The notes below the pieces were generated by a model. The model was not told the DNA's origin. It saw nothing but the letters and a program-made list of their open reading frames with translations, and made no database searches. From Octadecabacter sp. (GTDB taxonomy: Bacteria > Pseudomonadota > Alphaproteobacteria > Rhodobacterales > Rhodobacteraceae), in assembly GCA_047635635.1 (NCBI GenBank), contig JBLILC010000003.1, forward strand, positions 377 to 64,376: a stretch of 64,000 bases of DNA, given 5' to 3'. The translations under genes were made by a program, and so were the position numbers. Shown here piece after piece: positions 33,636 to 44,461 of the stretch. Within the stretch, counting starts at the first letter, position 1, and the number at the start of each line of letters is the position of its first letter.

Positions 33636-34415
33636 TCAGGCGAATTGTTCTTGGATCAAGCGTTCTTCTAATCCATGACCGGGGTCGAACAGGATGCGGT
33701 GTGAAACTTCTGGCGCTGACCAAACATCAACTTGTTTAACGTCTTTCACGGATACACCGTCCGCGTCGACATTTACGGGGCGTTTGGCGGCATTCGTAAC
33801 ATCAAACGTTACTCGCGCCGCTTTGGGCAATAGCGCACCACGCCAGCGTCGCGGCCGGAATGCAGCAACAGCAGTCAGCGCCAACACGTCCGAACCTATG
33901 GGAAGGATTGGACCATGGGCAGAATAGTTATAAGCAGTGGATCCAGCAGGGGTCGCCAAAAGCGCGCCGTCGCAGACCAATTCGTCCATCCGCAGCGTAC
34001 CATCTACATAAATACGCAGCTTTGCAGCTTGTGGGCCTGCGCGTAGCAAAGACACTTCGTTGATGGCCAGCGCCTTGTGCTGCGTTCCGTTGACGCAGGT
34101 GGCAATCATGTGAAGGGGGTTGATGACCTCTTCTTGCGCTTTTTCCAAACGGTCCCGCAGTCCTTGCGCTGAATAGTTGTTCATCAAAAACCCGACTGTA
34201 CCACGGTTCATTCCATAAACTGGCGCAGGTAAATATTGGGTATTATGCAGAGTTTCTAGCATAAACCCGTCACCACCTAAGGCAACAATAATATCAGCGT
34301 TTTCAACTACAACTCCACCATATTGCAATGTCAAAGCTACTTTTGCAGCCTGTGCAATCGGCATATCGCTTGCTACAAACGCAATTTTAGTTTTAAAAAT
34401 TAAATTGGCAGACAT
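33636..34415 (-). CDS. NAD kinase
   Basis: GGDGFML, NE, DG..ATPAGSTAYNYS; start at ATG 34415 is approximate. Confidence 0.93.
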   Translation of the reverse strand: MSANLIFKTKIAFVASDMPIAQAAKVALTLQYGGVVVENADIIVALGGDGFMLETLHNTQYLPAPVYGMNRGTVGFLMNNYSAQGLRDRLEKAQEEVINPLHMIATCVNGTQHKALAINEVSLLRAGPQAAKLRIYVDGTLRMDELVCDGALLATPAGSTAYNYSAHGPILPIGSDVLALTAVAAFRPRRWRGALLPKAARVTFDVTNAAKRPVNVDADGVSVKDVKQVDVWSAPEVSHRILFDPGHGLEERLIQEQFA

Positions 34416-34589
34416 AAAAATTCTTTCAAGTTCTAGAGACTTTTTCCCCATCACTCTAGGAAAACGCAAGTCGCTCATCAAGGCAAGATTGTCGTAACCG
34501 GGATGAAGCACATATAAAAAAATGGGGGTTATAAGCATCATGTCGAAGGCCTATAAATACATTAACAGTTTCGCCAAAGGATAACCGCC

Positions 34590-35885
34590 ATGAATGCCAT
34601 AACCAAAGACGCCGGTTTTTTCACCGAAAACCTTTCGACCCGTGACCCCGAAATTGCTGCAGCAATTGGTGCGGAACTGGGCCGTCAGCGCAAAGAGATA
34701 GAACTGATTGCATCAGAAAACATTGTTTCTGCCGCAGTTATGGAAGCGCAAGGTAGCGTGATGACCAACAAATACGCCGAAGGATATCCAGGCCGACGGT
34801 ATTATGGAGGCTGCCAACACGTTGATGTCGCTGAAAACTTAGCCATTGATCGTGCGAAAAATTTATTTGGTTGTAAATTTGTAAACGTACAGCCGAACTC
34901 AGGCAGTCAAGCAAATCAAGGTGTGTTTCAGGCACTGATCAAACCCGGTGACACCATTCTAGGAATGTCGCTGGACGCTGGCGGCCATTTGACCCATGGC
35001 GCAAAGCCAAACCAATCAGGCAAAATTTACAACGCTATTCAATACGGCGTGAAGCAATCCGATAGCATGTTAGACTATGATCAAGTTCAAGCCCTAGCAA
35101 CCGAACATCAGCCAAAGTTAATCATTGCAGGCGGGTCCGCCATTCCGCGAATTATTGATTTCAAACGCATGCGCGAAATTGCAGATAGCGTTGGTGCTTA
35201 CCTCCTTGTTGACATGGCGCACTTCGCGGGCTTCGTTGCAACAGGACTGTATCCGTCACCATTTCCACACGCTCACGTTGCCACCACAACAACGCACAAA
35301 ACTCTGCGCGGCCCGCGCGGTGGTCTAATCTGTACCAACGATGAAGCACTAGCCAAAAAATTTAACTCTGCTATTTTTCCAGGCATACAAGGTGGGCCAT
35401 TAATGCATGTTATTGCGGCCAAGGCTGTGGCGTTTGGAGAGGCATTACGCCCTGAATTCAAGACTTACCAAGAACAAGTCGTAAAGAACGCCCAAGCGCT
35501 GGCCAAGCAGCTGATCAAGGGTGGCTTGGACATAGTCACAGGGGGAACTGACACTCACTTAATGTTAGTCGACCTTCGGCCTAAAGGCGTAAAAGGCAAT
35601 GACACCGAAGCCGCGCTCGAACGTGCCCACATTACTTGCAACAAAAACGGTATACCTTTCGATCCTGAAAAGCCGATGGTGACGTCTGGTATACGTCTGG
35701 GCTCACCTGCAGGCACGACACGCGGGTTTACCGAAATCGAATTTCGTCAGGTCGCTGATTGGATCGTCGAAGTGGTTGACGGGTTGGCGGCGAATGGCGC
35801 AAACGGCAATGCAGATGTCGAGGCAAAAGTGAGAACTGAAGTTGAAGCGCTATGTGATAGCTTCCCAATTTATTCCAACCTTTGA
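34590..35885 (+). CDS. glyA: Serine hydroxymethyltransferase
   Basis: [28 protein letters not shown]. Confidence 0.98.
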   Translation: MNAITKDAGFFTENLSTRDPEIAAAIGAELGRQRKEIELIASENIVSAAVMEAQGSVMTNKYAEGYPGRRYYGGCQHVDVAENLAIDRAKNLFGCKFVNVQPNSGSQANQGVFQALIKPGDTILGMSLDAGGHLTHGAKPNQSGKIYNAIQYGVKQSDSMLDYDQVQALATEHQPKLIIAGGSAIPRIIDFKRMREIADSVGAYLLVDMAHFAGFVATGLYPSPFPHAHVATTTTHKTLRGPRGGLICTNDEALAKKFNSAIFPGIQGGPLMHVIAAKAVAFGEALRPEFKTYQEQVVKNAQALAKQLIKGGLDIVTGGTDTHLMLVDLRPKGVKGNDTEAALERAHITCNKNGIPFDPEKPMVTSGIRLGSPAGTTRGFTEIEFRQVADWIVEVVDGLAANGANGNADVEAKVRTEVEALCDSFPIYSNL

Positions 35886-35968
35886 TCTGTTGAAAAACTA
35901 GAAAGCAGCCGTGGGACCTATGCCAAAACAACGTAGACATCCTCAGCTGCATTCGCTTTTCTAACGCT

Positions 35969-36829
35969 ATGCAGGAGCCCCGAGTTTTAGATACCACGAT
36001 AGCCCGCCACTTACGTGCAAAACTTCCTCAGCCAATTGCAGAAGTCGCTGTTTTTACACTTAAACAGCTCTGGGCGTGCTTATTTGGCGGGCTTCTTTTG
36101 TTGGCAATAATTTTTACAAATGCGATTTGGGCCAGTGGCTGGCCAATCGCCAGATATGACGCCTTGTTCGCGTTCGCGATCGTAACTCAAGCCGCTATGT
36201 TATTTTTTAAACTTGAGAATTGGCAAGAAGCCAAAGTCATAGCACTTTTTCATATAACTGGAACGGCCATGGAGATTTTCAAGGTCAAAGTAGGATCATG
36301 GGCATACCCAGAAGAGGCGTTTTTCATGGTGGTAGACGTGCCACTTTTCAGCGGATTTATGTATGCATCCGTTGGCAGCTACATAGCACGGGTTATCAGA
36401 ATTTTTAATATGCAATTCACCTGCTATCCGCCCTTCTGGGTTACAGCGGTGCTGGCAACATCAATATATGTAAACTTTTTTTCACATCATTATGTGCCTG
36501 ATATCCGCCTAGCCCTATTCGTGGCAACAGTAATTGTATTCTGGAACACCCGCGTTGTGTTTAGTGTTGGAAGCACTTACCCCTTACCCCTTGCCGCACT
36601 CTTCGCGAGCTTCTTTTTATGGATCGCAGAAAATGTTGGTACCTTGACTGGAACATGGGTCTACGCCGGTTCGCGCACGTTTGAAATGACATCGATCAGC
36701 AAAATCGGTAGTTGGTATTTGTTGCTTTACGTGGCCTTTGTTACGGTGACTTTAATTAAATGCATTTCAATAAGTACTAAATCCACGTCAGAAACACCAT
36801 CAGTGCGATCCCATCAAAGATCAAATTGA
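35969..36829 (+). CDS. DUF817 family membrane protein
   Basis: ACLFGG, RYD, GTAMEIFK, PLFSGFMYASVGSY, AENVGT..W.Y, SWYLL. Confidence 0.85.
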   Translation: MQEPRVLDTTIARHLRAKLPQPIAEVAVFTLKQLWACLFGGLLLLAIIFTNAIWASGWPIARYDALFAFAIVTQAAMLFFKLENWQEAKVIALFHITGTAMEIFKVKVGSWAYPEEAFFMVVDVPLFSGFMYASVGSYIARVIRIFNMQFTCYPPFWVTAVLATSIYVNFFSHHYVPDIRLALFVATVIVFWNTRVVFSVGSTYPLPLAALFASFFLWIAENVGTLTGTWVYAGSRTFEMTSISKIGSWYLLLYVAFVTVTLIKCISISTKSTSETPSVRSHQRSN

Positions 36830-36939
36830 AACTGATAACACTACGAATTCTGAAAATGCTTAAGTCGTATCACTTAAATAGAAAGATGGCATTCAGGTAA
36901 TTTATTAATACCTTGGGCGCCTCTTCCAGTTTACATTTA

Positions 36940-37173
36940 TCAATCATAATCCGCAATTTGAGGTGGTTCATCTAATTGCGGTCTGAGCATAATAACTCCC
37001 TTCACGATGTGTCTACCGCAGTAGCAACTGCACAGTGTGCGCAAGATCTCTTTTAAAAGTGCATCCCTAAATTTGAACACGTTGCTAAATAAAGCCTCAC
37101 ACTTGGTCAGTTTGTATAATGCAAAATTCACATTCATGAGTGCAAATTTAGCGTGAAGTTCTAACCCTTTCAA
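36940..37173 (-). CDS. Small hypothetical protein, possibly degenerate
   Basis: 77-aa ORF with TTG start filling an otherwise empty spacer, divergent from the hydrolase; ends ...DEPPQIA; no firm family. Confidence 0.3.
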   Translation of the reverse strand: MKGLELHAKFALMNVNFALYKLTKCEALFSNVFKFRDALLKEILRTLCSCYCGRHIVKGVIMLRPQLDEPPQIADYD

Positions 37174-37194
37174 TTCGCCAATTCTAGATCTAAT

Positions 37195-37932
37195 GTGACC
37201 ATGATGTTAAATTTTCACACTTATGGTGATCCGTCTCTGCCCAACATATTGATTGCACATGGACTTTTCGGGTCTGGGCGCAATTGGGGCGTGATTGCAA
37301 AGCGGCTATCCGACCAGTTCCACGTGATCTGTCCGGACATGCGAAATCACGGCGCAAGCCCATGGTTTAGTTCGCAAAGCTACGCTGATATGGCAAACGA
37401 CTTGTCAGCACTGTTGGATCAACCAACACTTATTGTCGGCCATTCCATGGGAGGTAAAGCCGCAATGGTTTTGGCGCTTGAATATCCACATCTAATCAGT
37501 AAGTTAGTAGTCGTAGACATTGCTCCTGTCGCCTACCCACACAGTCAATCACAACACATCGATGCAATGCGCGCAGTAGATTTAAGTGAGGTTGAGAAGC
37601 GGACTGATGTAGCGAAAACCCTCGATCCAGAAGTACGTGATTTTTTGTTGCAATCCCTAGATGTGAAGAATAAAAAGTGGGTTCTGAACCTTAACGTACT
37701 TGCGGCTGAGATGCATAAGATTATTGGATTTCCAGACGTATCAGGTTCCTTTGCTGGGCCGACGTTGTTTTTGTCTGGCGGCGACAGCCACTATGTAACT
37801 CCAGAATACCGCCCTGTGATCAAAAATTTATTTCCCAGCGCACGCTTCGCAAAAATACCAGATGCGGGCCACTGGCTGCACGCGCAAAAGCCGCGTGAAT
37901 TTGAAGCAACTTTGCGAGCATTCTTCGCCTAA
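37195..37932 (+). CDS. Alpha/beta fold hydrolase (YbfF/ABHD11-like esterase)
   Basis: HGLFGS..NW, DMRNHG, GHSMGGK, AGHWLH. Confidence 0.92.
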   Translation: MTMMLNFHTYGDPSLPNILIAHGLFGSGRNWGVIAKRLSDQFHVICPDMRNHGASPWFSSQSYADMANDLSALLDQPTLIVGHSMGGKAAMVLALEYPHLISKLVVVDIAPVAYPHSQSQHIDAMRAVDLSEVEKRTDVAKTLDPEVRDFLLQSLDVKNKKWVLNLNVLAAEMHKIIGFPDVSGSFAGPTLFLSGGDSHYVTPEYRPVIKNLFPSARFAKIPDAGHWLHAQKPREFEATLRAFFA

Positions 37933-37939
37933 ACGACAT

Positions 37940-39050
37940 GCGCAATCTGTAGATTTGAGGTAAGTGCACTTGGTACTATTTTGGGTCGAACACGAGGTGT
38001 CCTCAGAAAAACCACAGCAACTGCAAGAGGTGCGAAATGTAGTGCATGGTGCTACCATTATTTGGCTTGATAAATAATTATGCTCCCAACCGCACAAATT
38101 CCGTCAAACTAAAGAATAATTTGACCGACCTGTTGTCAATAATCGCCATCAAAACCACAATGATCTTCCGTATTTCTAAAAAGGAAATCAGTTTCCCAAT
38201 ATTGCCTTCGGAATAAATATCATAACACAGGTGAGTGACTTAACCATAATGCGGCCACTGAGTAATATGCCAAAAATTGGATATAAAATTGAAAAAAGGG
38301 AAAATAGCAATTTTTGAAGTAATTTGGTGCGCAACGAAATGTTTAGCGTAGAGAGAGATTTACATGAAAGCGAGCGTGGATCTTGCATCGGGGTCAAGGG
38401 GTGGTGCTTGAAGGGCGGCAACTCTCAATACTACTTCAATAGCCTAGTTGCATTCGGACTGGAGGGGGATGCCTTTCAAAGGAAAGGTTTGGTCGCTATC
38501 AGGACTCTGATTTACAAAGTTAAAAAACAGTTATTCAGTGCATTTTCTTTTCAAAACTTGAGCCTGTAAAGTTAGCTTAGTTCCAAATCTGAAGATAAAA
38601 CGACGCAAGGCAATCTCAATCTACAGTATCCAAATGTCCTCATTTTCTAAGAAGTTCAAGTAAACAAGGATCTATTTTGACTAATTAATAACCATATCCT
38701 TAATAGTTTCGAAGCCACTATTAACATTCAAAACTTCGATTTCGTCAAAGGGGAAATTAACAATCCGAATCTTTTTAGCTAAAATATTCAAAATCTAACG
38801 TTGCCACAAACCAAACTAACTCGATTTTATTATTCAGATTAACAGCAGATTCATTCCTTATAGCTGCGCGTAAATCTTCCTAAACAGGTTATTTCTGAAC
38901 TATTGAAGCAAAGTGACTTCCTGAACAGCTTGATTGATACAATCAAAATCACAAGTAATGACACCATCACTAACCCAAGCCCCACTGATAAACCGGTGCT
39001 TAAGAACATTCCATTTAACATGAATATCTATCCCTTGTGGTAAGAGATTA
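37940..39050 (-). pseudogene. Highly eroded membrane protein gene (possibly DMT/EamA)
   Basis: AT-rich 1.2-kb spacer with hydrophobic fragments and VAP/MHY...F*GHLVFD resembling an EamA C-terminal motif; boundaries approximate. Confidence 0.3.
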
Positions 39051-39180
39051 GTTCATTAAATCGAAATAAAGTAACTTAGCAGTAGAAGCGAACCGGAAGC
39101 CTAATTCCTGTGTAAGCACGCAATCACTGAAGAACCAATCGTTGTCACCAAACATATTTCATTAGCGCAGAGAAATAGCT

Positions 39181-40977
39181 TTAGCTGTCCATTTTCAGCG
39201 CGCTAATAAAAGCTTCTTGGGGAATATTGACGCTGCCGAACTGGCGCATCTTTTTCTTACCCGCCTTCTGCTTATCAAGAAGTTTACGTTTTCTTGAAGC
39301 ATCACCACCATAACATTTGGCAGTGACGTCTTTCCGCATGGCCGACAAAGTCTCACGGGCAATGACTTTACCGCCAATAGCCGCTTGGATAGGAATTTTG
39401 AACATGTGACGTGGTATCAGGTCTTTGAGTTTTTCGACCATGGCACGGCCACGGACCTCTGCGCGGTCGCGGTGTACCATCATTGACAGCGCGTCAACGG
39501 GTTCATCGTTGACGAGGACGGACATTTTTACAAGTGCATCCTCGCGGTAGCCCATGAGGGTGTAGTCAAAGGACGCGTAACCTTTAGTGACAGATTTCAG
39601 GCGATCATAGAAGTCAAACACTACTTCGTTAAGCGGTAAGTCGTAGACAACAAGCGCACGTGAACCCGCATAGGTTAGGTCAGATTGGATCCCACGACGA
39701 TCTTGACACAGCTTTAATACGTCTCCTAAGTATTCGTCTGGCACAAGGATAGTCGCCTTAATGCGGGGTTCTTCAATATGATCAATAAGAGTCATGTCTG
39801 GCATGTCGGCAGGATTGTGCAGTTCATCCATAGTATTATCACGCATGTGGACATGATAAACAACAGAAGGCGCGGTAGTGATCAGGTCGATATCATATTC
39901 GCGTTCAATCCGGTCGCGGATAACTTCAAGATGCAGCAGGCCAAGGAAGCCACAGCGAAAGCCAAAACCTAGCGCGGCGGAGGATTCCATTTCAAACGAG
40001 AAAGACGCATCATTGAGAGCAAGTTTATCGATCGCTTCACGCAGATCTTCAAACAGAGCGGAATCCACAGGGAATAGACCACAAAAAACAACAGGTTGTG
40101 CAGGTTTGAAACCAGGGAGCGGAGTGACTTCGGATTTTTGATGCGTAATGGTGTCACCAACGCGGGTGTCGCGAACTTGTTTGATTGACGCAGTCATAAA
40201 GCCGATTTCGCCAGGACAAAGCTCATCAACGTTTTCCATTTTTGGACGGAACACACCAATGCGTTCAACGTGATGGATCGTGCCGTTGCTGATGAATTTA
40301 ACTTTTTCACCCTTGCGCAACTTGCCGTCTATAATACGAACAAGCACAATTACACCTAGGTAGCTGTCATACCAAGAATCCACCAACATTGCCCTGAGGG
40401 GCGCTTCAGGGTCGCCTTTAGGAGCAGGGAGTTGGTGGACGATGGCCTCAAGCGTCTCAACAATACCTTCACCAGTTTTAGCGGACACAGCTATAGCTCC
40501 AGATGCATCAATGCCAATTACGTCTTCCACCTGCTCGGCAACGCGGCTTACGTCAGATGCAGGCAAATCTATCTTATTGAAAACAGGTACAATTTCGTGA
40601 TTGGCGTCAATGGCATGATAGACGTTAGCGAGGGTCTGCGCCTCGACTCCTTGAGTGCTGTCCACCACTAAAAGTGAGCCTTCGACGGCTCGCATAGAGC
40701 GACTGACCTCGTAGGCAAAATCAACATGACCGGGGGTGTCGATTAGGTTGAGGACGTAATCTTCACCATTTTTGGCGGTGTAGTTGATCCGCACAGTCTG
40801 GGCTTTAATGGTGATACCGCGTTCACGCTCGATATCCATAGAATCGAGCATTTGGGCCTTCATATCGCGTTCCGCCACCGTGTTGGTGGCCTGGATCAAA
40901 CGATCTGCAAGCGTAGATTTACCGTGGTCAATATGTGCCACGATGGAGAAATTCCGGATGTGTGAGAGTGCTGTCAT
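39181..40977 (-). CDS. lepA: Translation elongation factor 4
   Basis: [46 protein letters not shown]. Confidence 0.98.
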   Translation of the reverse strand: MTALSHIRNFSIVAHIDHGKSTLADRLIQATNTVAERDMKAQMLDSMDIERERGITIKAQTVRINYTAKNGEDYVLNLIDTPGHVDFAYEVSRSMRAVEGSLLVVDSTQGVEAQTLANVYHAIDANHEIVPVFNKIDLPASDVSRVAEQVEDVIGIDASGAIAVSAKTGEGIVETLEAIVHQLPAPKGDPEAPLRAMLVDSWYDSYLGVIVLVRIIDGKLRKGEKVKFISNGTIHHVERIGVFRPKMENVDELCPGEIGFMTASIKQVRDTRVGDTITHQKSEVTPLPGFKPAQPVVFCGLFPVDSALFEDLREAIDKLALNDASFSFEMESSAALGFGFRCGFLGLLHLEVIRDRIEREYDIDLITTAPSVVYHVHMRDNTMDELHNPADMPDMTLIDHIEEPRIKATILVPDEYLGDVLKLCQDRRGIQSDLTYAGSRALVVYDLPLNEVVFDFYDRLKSVTKGYASFDYTLMGYREDALVKMSVLVNDEPVDALSMMVHRDRAEVRGRAMVEKLKDLIPRHMFKIPIQAAIGGKVIARETLSAMRKDVTAKCYGGDASRKRKLLDKQKAGKKKMRQFGSVNIPQEAFISALKMDS

Positions 40978-41527
40978 GATGAGGATATGTAGAGGTTTTT
41001 GAGGTTTGTCGAGGGGGATTTGGTCTGGCACAGCATTGTTAGCAAGGTGGTTTATAATCGTTCAGAATTTTGAAGCTGTCATTAAATTAAAACATTAGTT
41101 ATCCCAATCAACTTCGACTGCGTAATTTGCCAGTGTAGCGTTTAGCAGGAGGCTAAAATGCAGCATATATATGTTCTGTACCAACGGTTTGGGAACTAAA
41201 AAGATCATGAACTGGACACTTGGTTATCCAAGTTCGATAAATCCCCACAAGAAGCATGACGGTTGATTTGATGATACCAATCTAAATCCTCTGCTTTTGA
41301 AAACTTAGCTCCGAGCCAAGCTCGGCGTTGGCACATCAAGCGCAACCTTACGTAACACCAAGATGAAGCGAATCAGTGGGGTGTTGATGTAGGGCGCATC
41401 ACCGCAAATGTGATTTGATGCCCCTTTTCACGTAGCGCGACTTGCGACATAACACAAACAACAGTTCCGGTACCAACGTGGATCAACCCACCAATAAGTT
41501 GGGCCCAAAAGACTACAGTGGGGTACT

Positions 41528-41860
41528 ATGAGAAGTTTTGTTATTTTGTCAGCCTTGATCGCGTTCACCGCCTGTTCAGGCGGACAAGATCGTAACAATT
41601 CAGGATCTACGCGAGGGGTGACAGGGGATATCAGCCGCGCGTGCTTGGGTGCCAACCGTTCCGCTGCGACACCAACTTTATGCAAATGCGTTCAAGGCGT
41701 GGCCAACCGCGAACTTTCGAGACGAGATCGAACCCGCGTTGCGGACTTCTTTGTTAATCCGGAGAATGCTAACTACACGAAGATTAGCGACACCACCGCC
41801 AATGATGCATTTTGGAAACGCTATCGTGCATTCACAAGTTTAGCGCGCAGCCAATGCTGA
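41528..41860 (+). CDS. Conserved small lipoprotein
   Basis: Lipobox FTAC; C..A.R.AA...LCKCVQ and FW.RY pattern. Confidence 0.8.
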   Translation: MRSFVILSALIAFTACSGGQDRNNSGSTRGVTGDISRACLGANRSAATPTLCKCVQGVANRELSRRDRTRVADFFVNPENANYTKISDTTANDAFWKRYRAFTSLARSQC

Positions 41861-41940
41861 TAAAAGACGGGCGCCAAGTAGTTCAGACACCCGCTTTAGT
41901 TTGTCATTAAGGTAGTAACAGAACGCCTTTAGCCACCTCA

Positions 41941-42405
41941 TTAGTGTTCATTTTCCCTGCCTATGTCACTGTGATCTATCCGGTCCAAATCAACCGGGAT
42001 GCTCACATTAATCTGACCAGCATTATCAAATGTGAAAGTGATGCCGATAGTGTCGTCTTGTTTGAAAGGTGTCGTTAGGCCCATGAACATAACATGATTG
42101 CTACCCCGCTGCAGGCGAAGCTCATTGCCCGCTGGCAGCAAAAAGCCCGCCTCGACGTGAACCATTCGCATAACACCATTTTCGTCTTCGATATGAGTGT
42201 GAAGTTCAACTCGCTGTGCTGCATCCGAGGTCACGCCAAGCAGTTTGTCATCAGTATCACCATGATTGTGGATCACCATAAAGGCAGCACCCGCCATAGC
42301 GTTGGATGAAAGTGCATATTGGTCGCGAATTTCAATCTCTGCCAGAGCCGGTATTGCGAGAGAGAATGCTGTAAAAGCGGTGATGAGGGTCAATTTGAGG
42401 GACAT
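41941..42405 (-). CDS. Copper chaperone PCu(A)C
   Basis: Signal peptide, GAAFMVI.N, ELHTH...GVMRM...HVMFMGL copper motif, His-containing tail; AGGA RBS 7 nt before ATG 42405. Confidence 0.93.
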   Translation of the reverse strand: MSLKLTLITAFTAFSLAIPALAEIEIRDQYALSSNAMAGAAFMVIHNHGDTDDKLLGVTSDAAQRVELHTHIEDENGVMRMVHVEAGFLLPAGNELRLQRGSNHVMFMGLTTPFKQDDTIGITFTFDNAGQINVSIPVDLDRIDHSDIGRENEH

Positions 42406-42412
42406 GTTGCGT

Positions 42413-42467
42413 TCCTGTCTGTTCGATCTGAATGTCATAAATGTGAAAGCAGTTTTCAGACGACAAG
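42413..42467 (-). promoter_or_regulatory. Predicted RBS-sequestering hairpin between DUF2946 uORF end and PCu(A)C start
   Basis: mRNA CUUGUC-GUCUGAA (last uORF codons) can pair with UUCAGAU and GACAGG, the latter overlapping the AGGA SD; paired by eye. Confidence 0.5.
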
Positions 42468-42797
42468 TGGTGGACCGCGAGCTTGTACAGAAGTGGGAAT
42501 AACTAGAATTTCTGATTTTAGAACAGGCGTCTGCAAAATAGTTTGAATTTGAGAAAGCAGTGGCTTCACTATTACTGTCGCAGAACTACAGGCCATCAAC
42601 GTCAATGCGCAGTCTGGGCATATAGTAACAGGCCCAATCGGATTGTCCTGCTCATTTAAAGTAACCACAAGAGGTCCTTGCGCAGAACACAAAATTACTT
42701 GACCCTGGGCATCTTTGGCTATGCCACGCGCCATTGCCATTTGCTGTGAGGTTGAAGCTATCAAAAGCGCAAGGCTAAAGGTAAGTATACGTAACAT
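42456..42797 (-). CDS. DUF2946-like (CruR/CutF-type) leader protein
   Basis: N-terminal signal-like hydrophobic stretch, VILCS..G, CPDC (CxxC), C-terminal ARGPP. Confidence 0.8.
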   Translation of the reverse strand: MLRILTFSLALLIASTSQQMAMARGIAKDAQGQVILCSAQGPLVVTLNEQDNPIGPVTICPDCALTLMACSSATVIVKPLLSQIQTILQTPVLKSEILVIPTSVQARGPPLVV

Positions 42798-42865
42798 AAC
42801 TTTTGGTAACAGGTGCGCAGCGCAATCTAAAGCTCTCTAAGGTCGCATCAGCATCTTAAAAAACT

Positions 42866-42897
42866 AAAAAAGGCCCAAAAGTAAACTTCAGGCCTTT
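42866..42897 (-). terminator. Intrinsic terminator after rpmB
   Basis: Minus strand AGGCC...GGCCT stem followed by a T tract. Confidence 0.7.
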
Positions 42898-42917
42898 CAA
42901 ATTTGTAGTTATAAAAA

Positions 42918-43208
42918 TTAGGCCTCTACTGTTGCAGCTTTGGCAATGTCTTTTTTAACTTTGAGAGCAGATGGGGAAAGTTCTTCATCTTTAGATTTCA
43001 TAAAGAATGCGTCAAGGCCACCGCGATGATCAACCGTTCGAAGCGCTGCGTTCGAAATACGAAACTTAAAGCTGCGACCTAACGACTCGGACATCAAAGA
43101 TACGTCCTGCAGGTTTGGCAAAAACCGACGGCGTGTACGGTTTTTAGCGTGGCTGACGTTATTGCCCGACATGGGGCCTTTTCCTGTCAATTCGCAACGG
43201 CGCGACAT
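42918..43208 (-). CDS. rpmB: 50S ribosomal protein L28
   Basis: [33 protein letters not shown]; AAGGA RBS. Confidence 0.97.
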   Translation of the reverse strand: MSRRCELTGKGPMSGNNVSHAKNRTRRRFLPNLQDVSLMSESLGRSFKFRISNAALRTVDHRGGLDAFFMKSKDEELSPSALKVKKDIAKAATVEA

Positions 43209-43362
43209 AGCGTATTCCTTGTCTATCAAGGGCCAGCGGCATTTAGCGCAACCCAGTCTATCAAATTTGCATAAGCCCACTAATGGCTGGGACCAACTTC
43301 ATCCGCCGGAATTAAGTGGATTCCTTGGTGTCGTCAAGCCCCAGTCACCCCATATCGGCGGT

Positions 43363-44382
43363 TTAAGCAGGTGGATCAGTTTGTTTTGCCGATGCTGGTG
43401 GAAAAAGCTTGGCAATCATTAACTCAGCAGCTTGGGTTGGGGGAATTCTGCCATGTGCCACATGATCTTCTAACGCGGCGAGTTGGGCTTTCACAGCTTT
43501 GTCAGACGTAAGCTTTGAAAGCAGTCCTGCGCGTACTTCCTCTTTAAACCAGAAACGCGCTTGTCGTGCGCGCCGTGCGTCCCAGATGCCGTTATCCTTG
43601 CGCCAAGCAGCGAGGGTTTGAATTTCACTCCAAGCGGCGAAAATTCCATCTTCTTGCAAAGCCGACACAGCCAAAGCCTTAGGGAAATCATGTGTTTCAC
43701 GAGGTGGATCTTGAGTTCGTTTCCTCATCAAACGCAGAGCGCTAGCATAATCTGCACAAGTGCGCATGGCTTGCGGCTTCAGATCGCCATCAGCTTTGTT
43801 TACAAGGATAATATCGCAAGTTTCCATTATGCCACGCTTAACGCCTTGCAATTCATCTCCACCAGCCGGCGCGAGCAGGAGTAAAAACAGGTCCGACATT
43901 TCCGCAACCGCGGTTTCGGACTGACCAACGCCAACCGTCTCGATCAATACAACATCGAATTTAGCGGCTTCACACAACGCAATGGCTTCGCGGGTACGGC
44001 GCGCAACACCGCCCAGTTGGGTTTGGCTCGGAGAAGGTCTGATAAACGCTAATCGGTCGCGTGCCAGTAGGTCCATGCGAGTTTTATCACCCAAAATTGA
44101 CCCACCGGACCGCGTTGAACTTGGGTCCACAGCTAGTACAGCGACGCGCAACCCCTGCCCAGTTAACATTCTTCCAAAGGTTTCGATAAACGTCGATTTT
44201 CCCACCCCTGGCGTACCAGACAGCCCAATGCGCAACGCTTGATGGTCAGTACCGAGAGCGGCCAGCAATTCAGCCGACAGCGCGCGATCATCACGCCGTG
44301 TGCTTTCAACCAGCGTGATAGCGCGGGCCAATGCGCGGCGTTCACCGGCACGGATTTTGTCTGCTGTGATTTGGATATCCAT
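43363..44382 (-). CDS. meaB: Methylmalonyl-CoA mutase-associated GTPase
   Basis: GTPGVGKST, VDPSS..SGGSILGDKTRM, ETVGVGQSE, GDELQGVKRG, NKAD. Confidence 0.95.
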   Translation of the reverse strand: MDIQITADKIRAGERRALARAITLVESTRRDDRALSAELLAALGTDHQALRIGLSGTPGVGKSTFIETFGRMLTGQGLRVAVLAVDPSSTRSGGSILGDKTRMDLLARDRLAFIRPSPSQTQLGGVARRTREAIALCEAAKFDVVLIETVGVGQSETAVAEMSDLFLLLLAPAGGDELQGVKRGIMETCDIILVNKADGDLKPQAMRTCADYASALRLMRKRTQDPPRETHDFPKALAVSALQEDGIFAAWSEIQTLAAWRKDNGIWDARRARQARFWFKEEVRAGLLSKLTSDKAVKAQLAALEDHVAHGRIPPTQAAELMIAKLFPPASAKQTDPPA

Positions 44383-44461
44383 AGCTGCTTTATGGTGATC
44401 CTTTGGCGTTGCGTCTAGACGAGGTATTGCGCATCCGTTTTTTTAACAAGAAGAAGAATGA

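Noticed and set aside
34416-34589. Possible ZTP/glycine riboswitch upstream of glyA
   Set aside because: No recognisable conserved riboswitch core in the short divergent spacer
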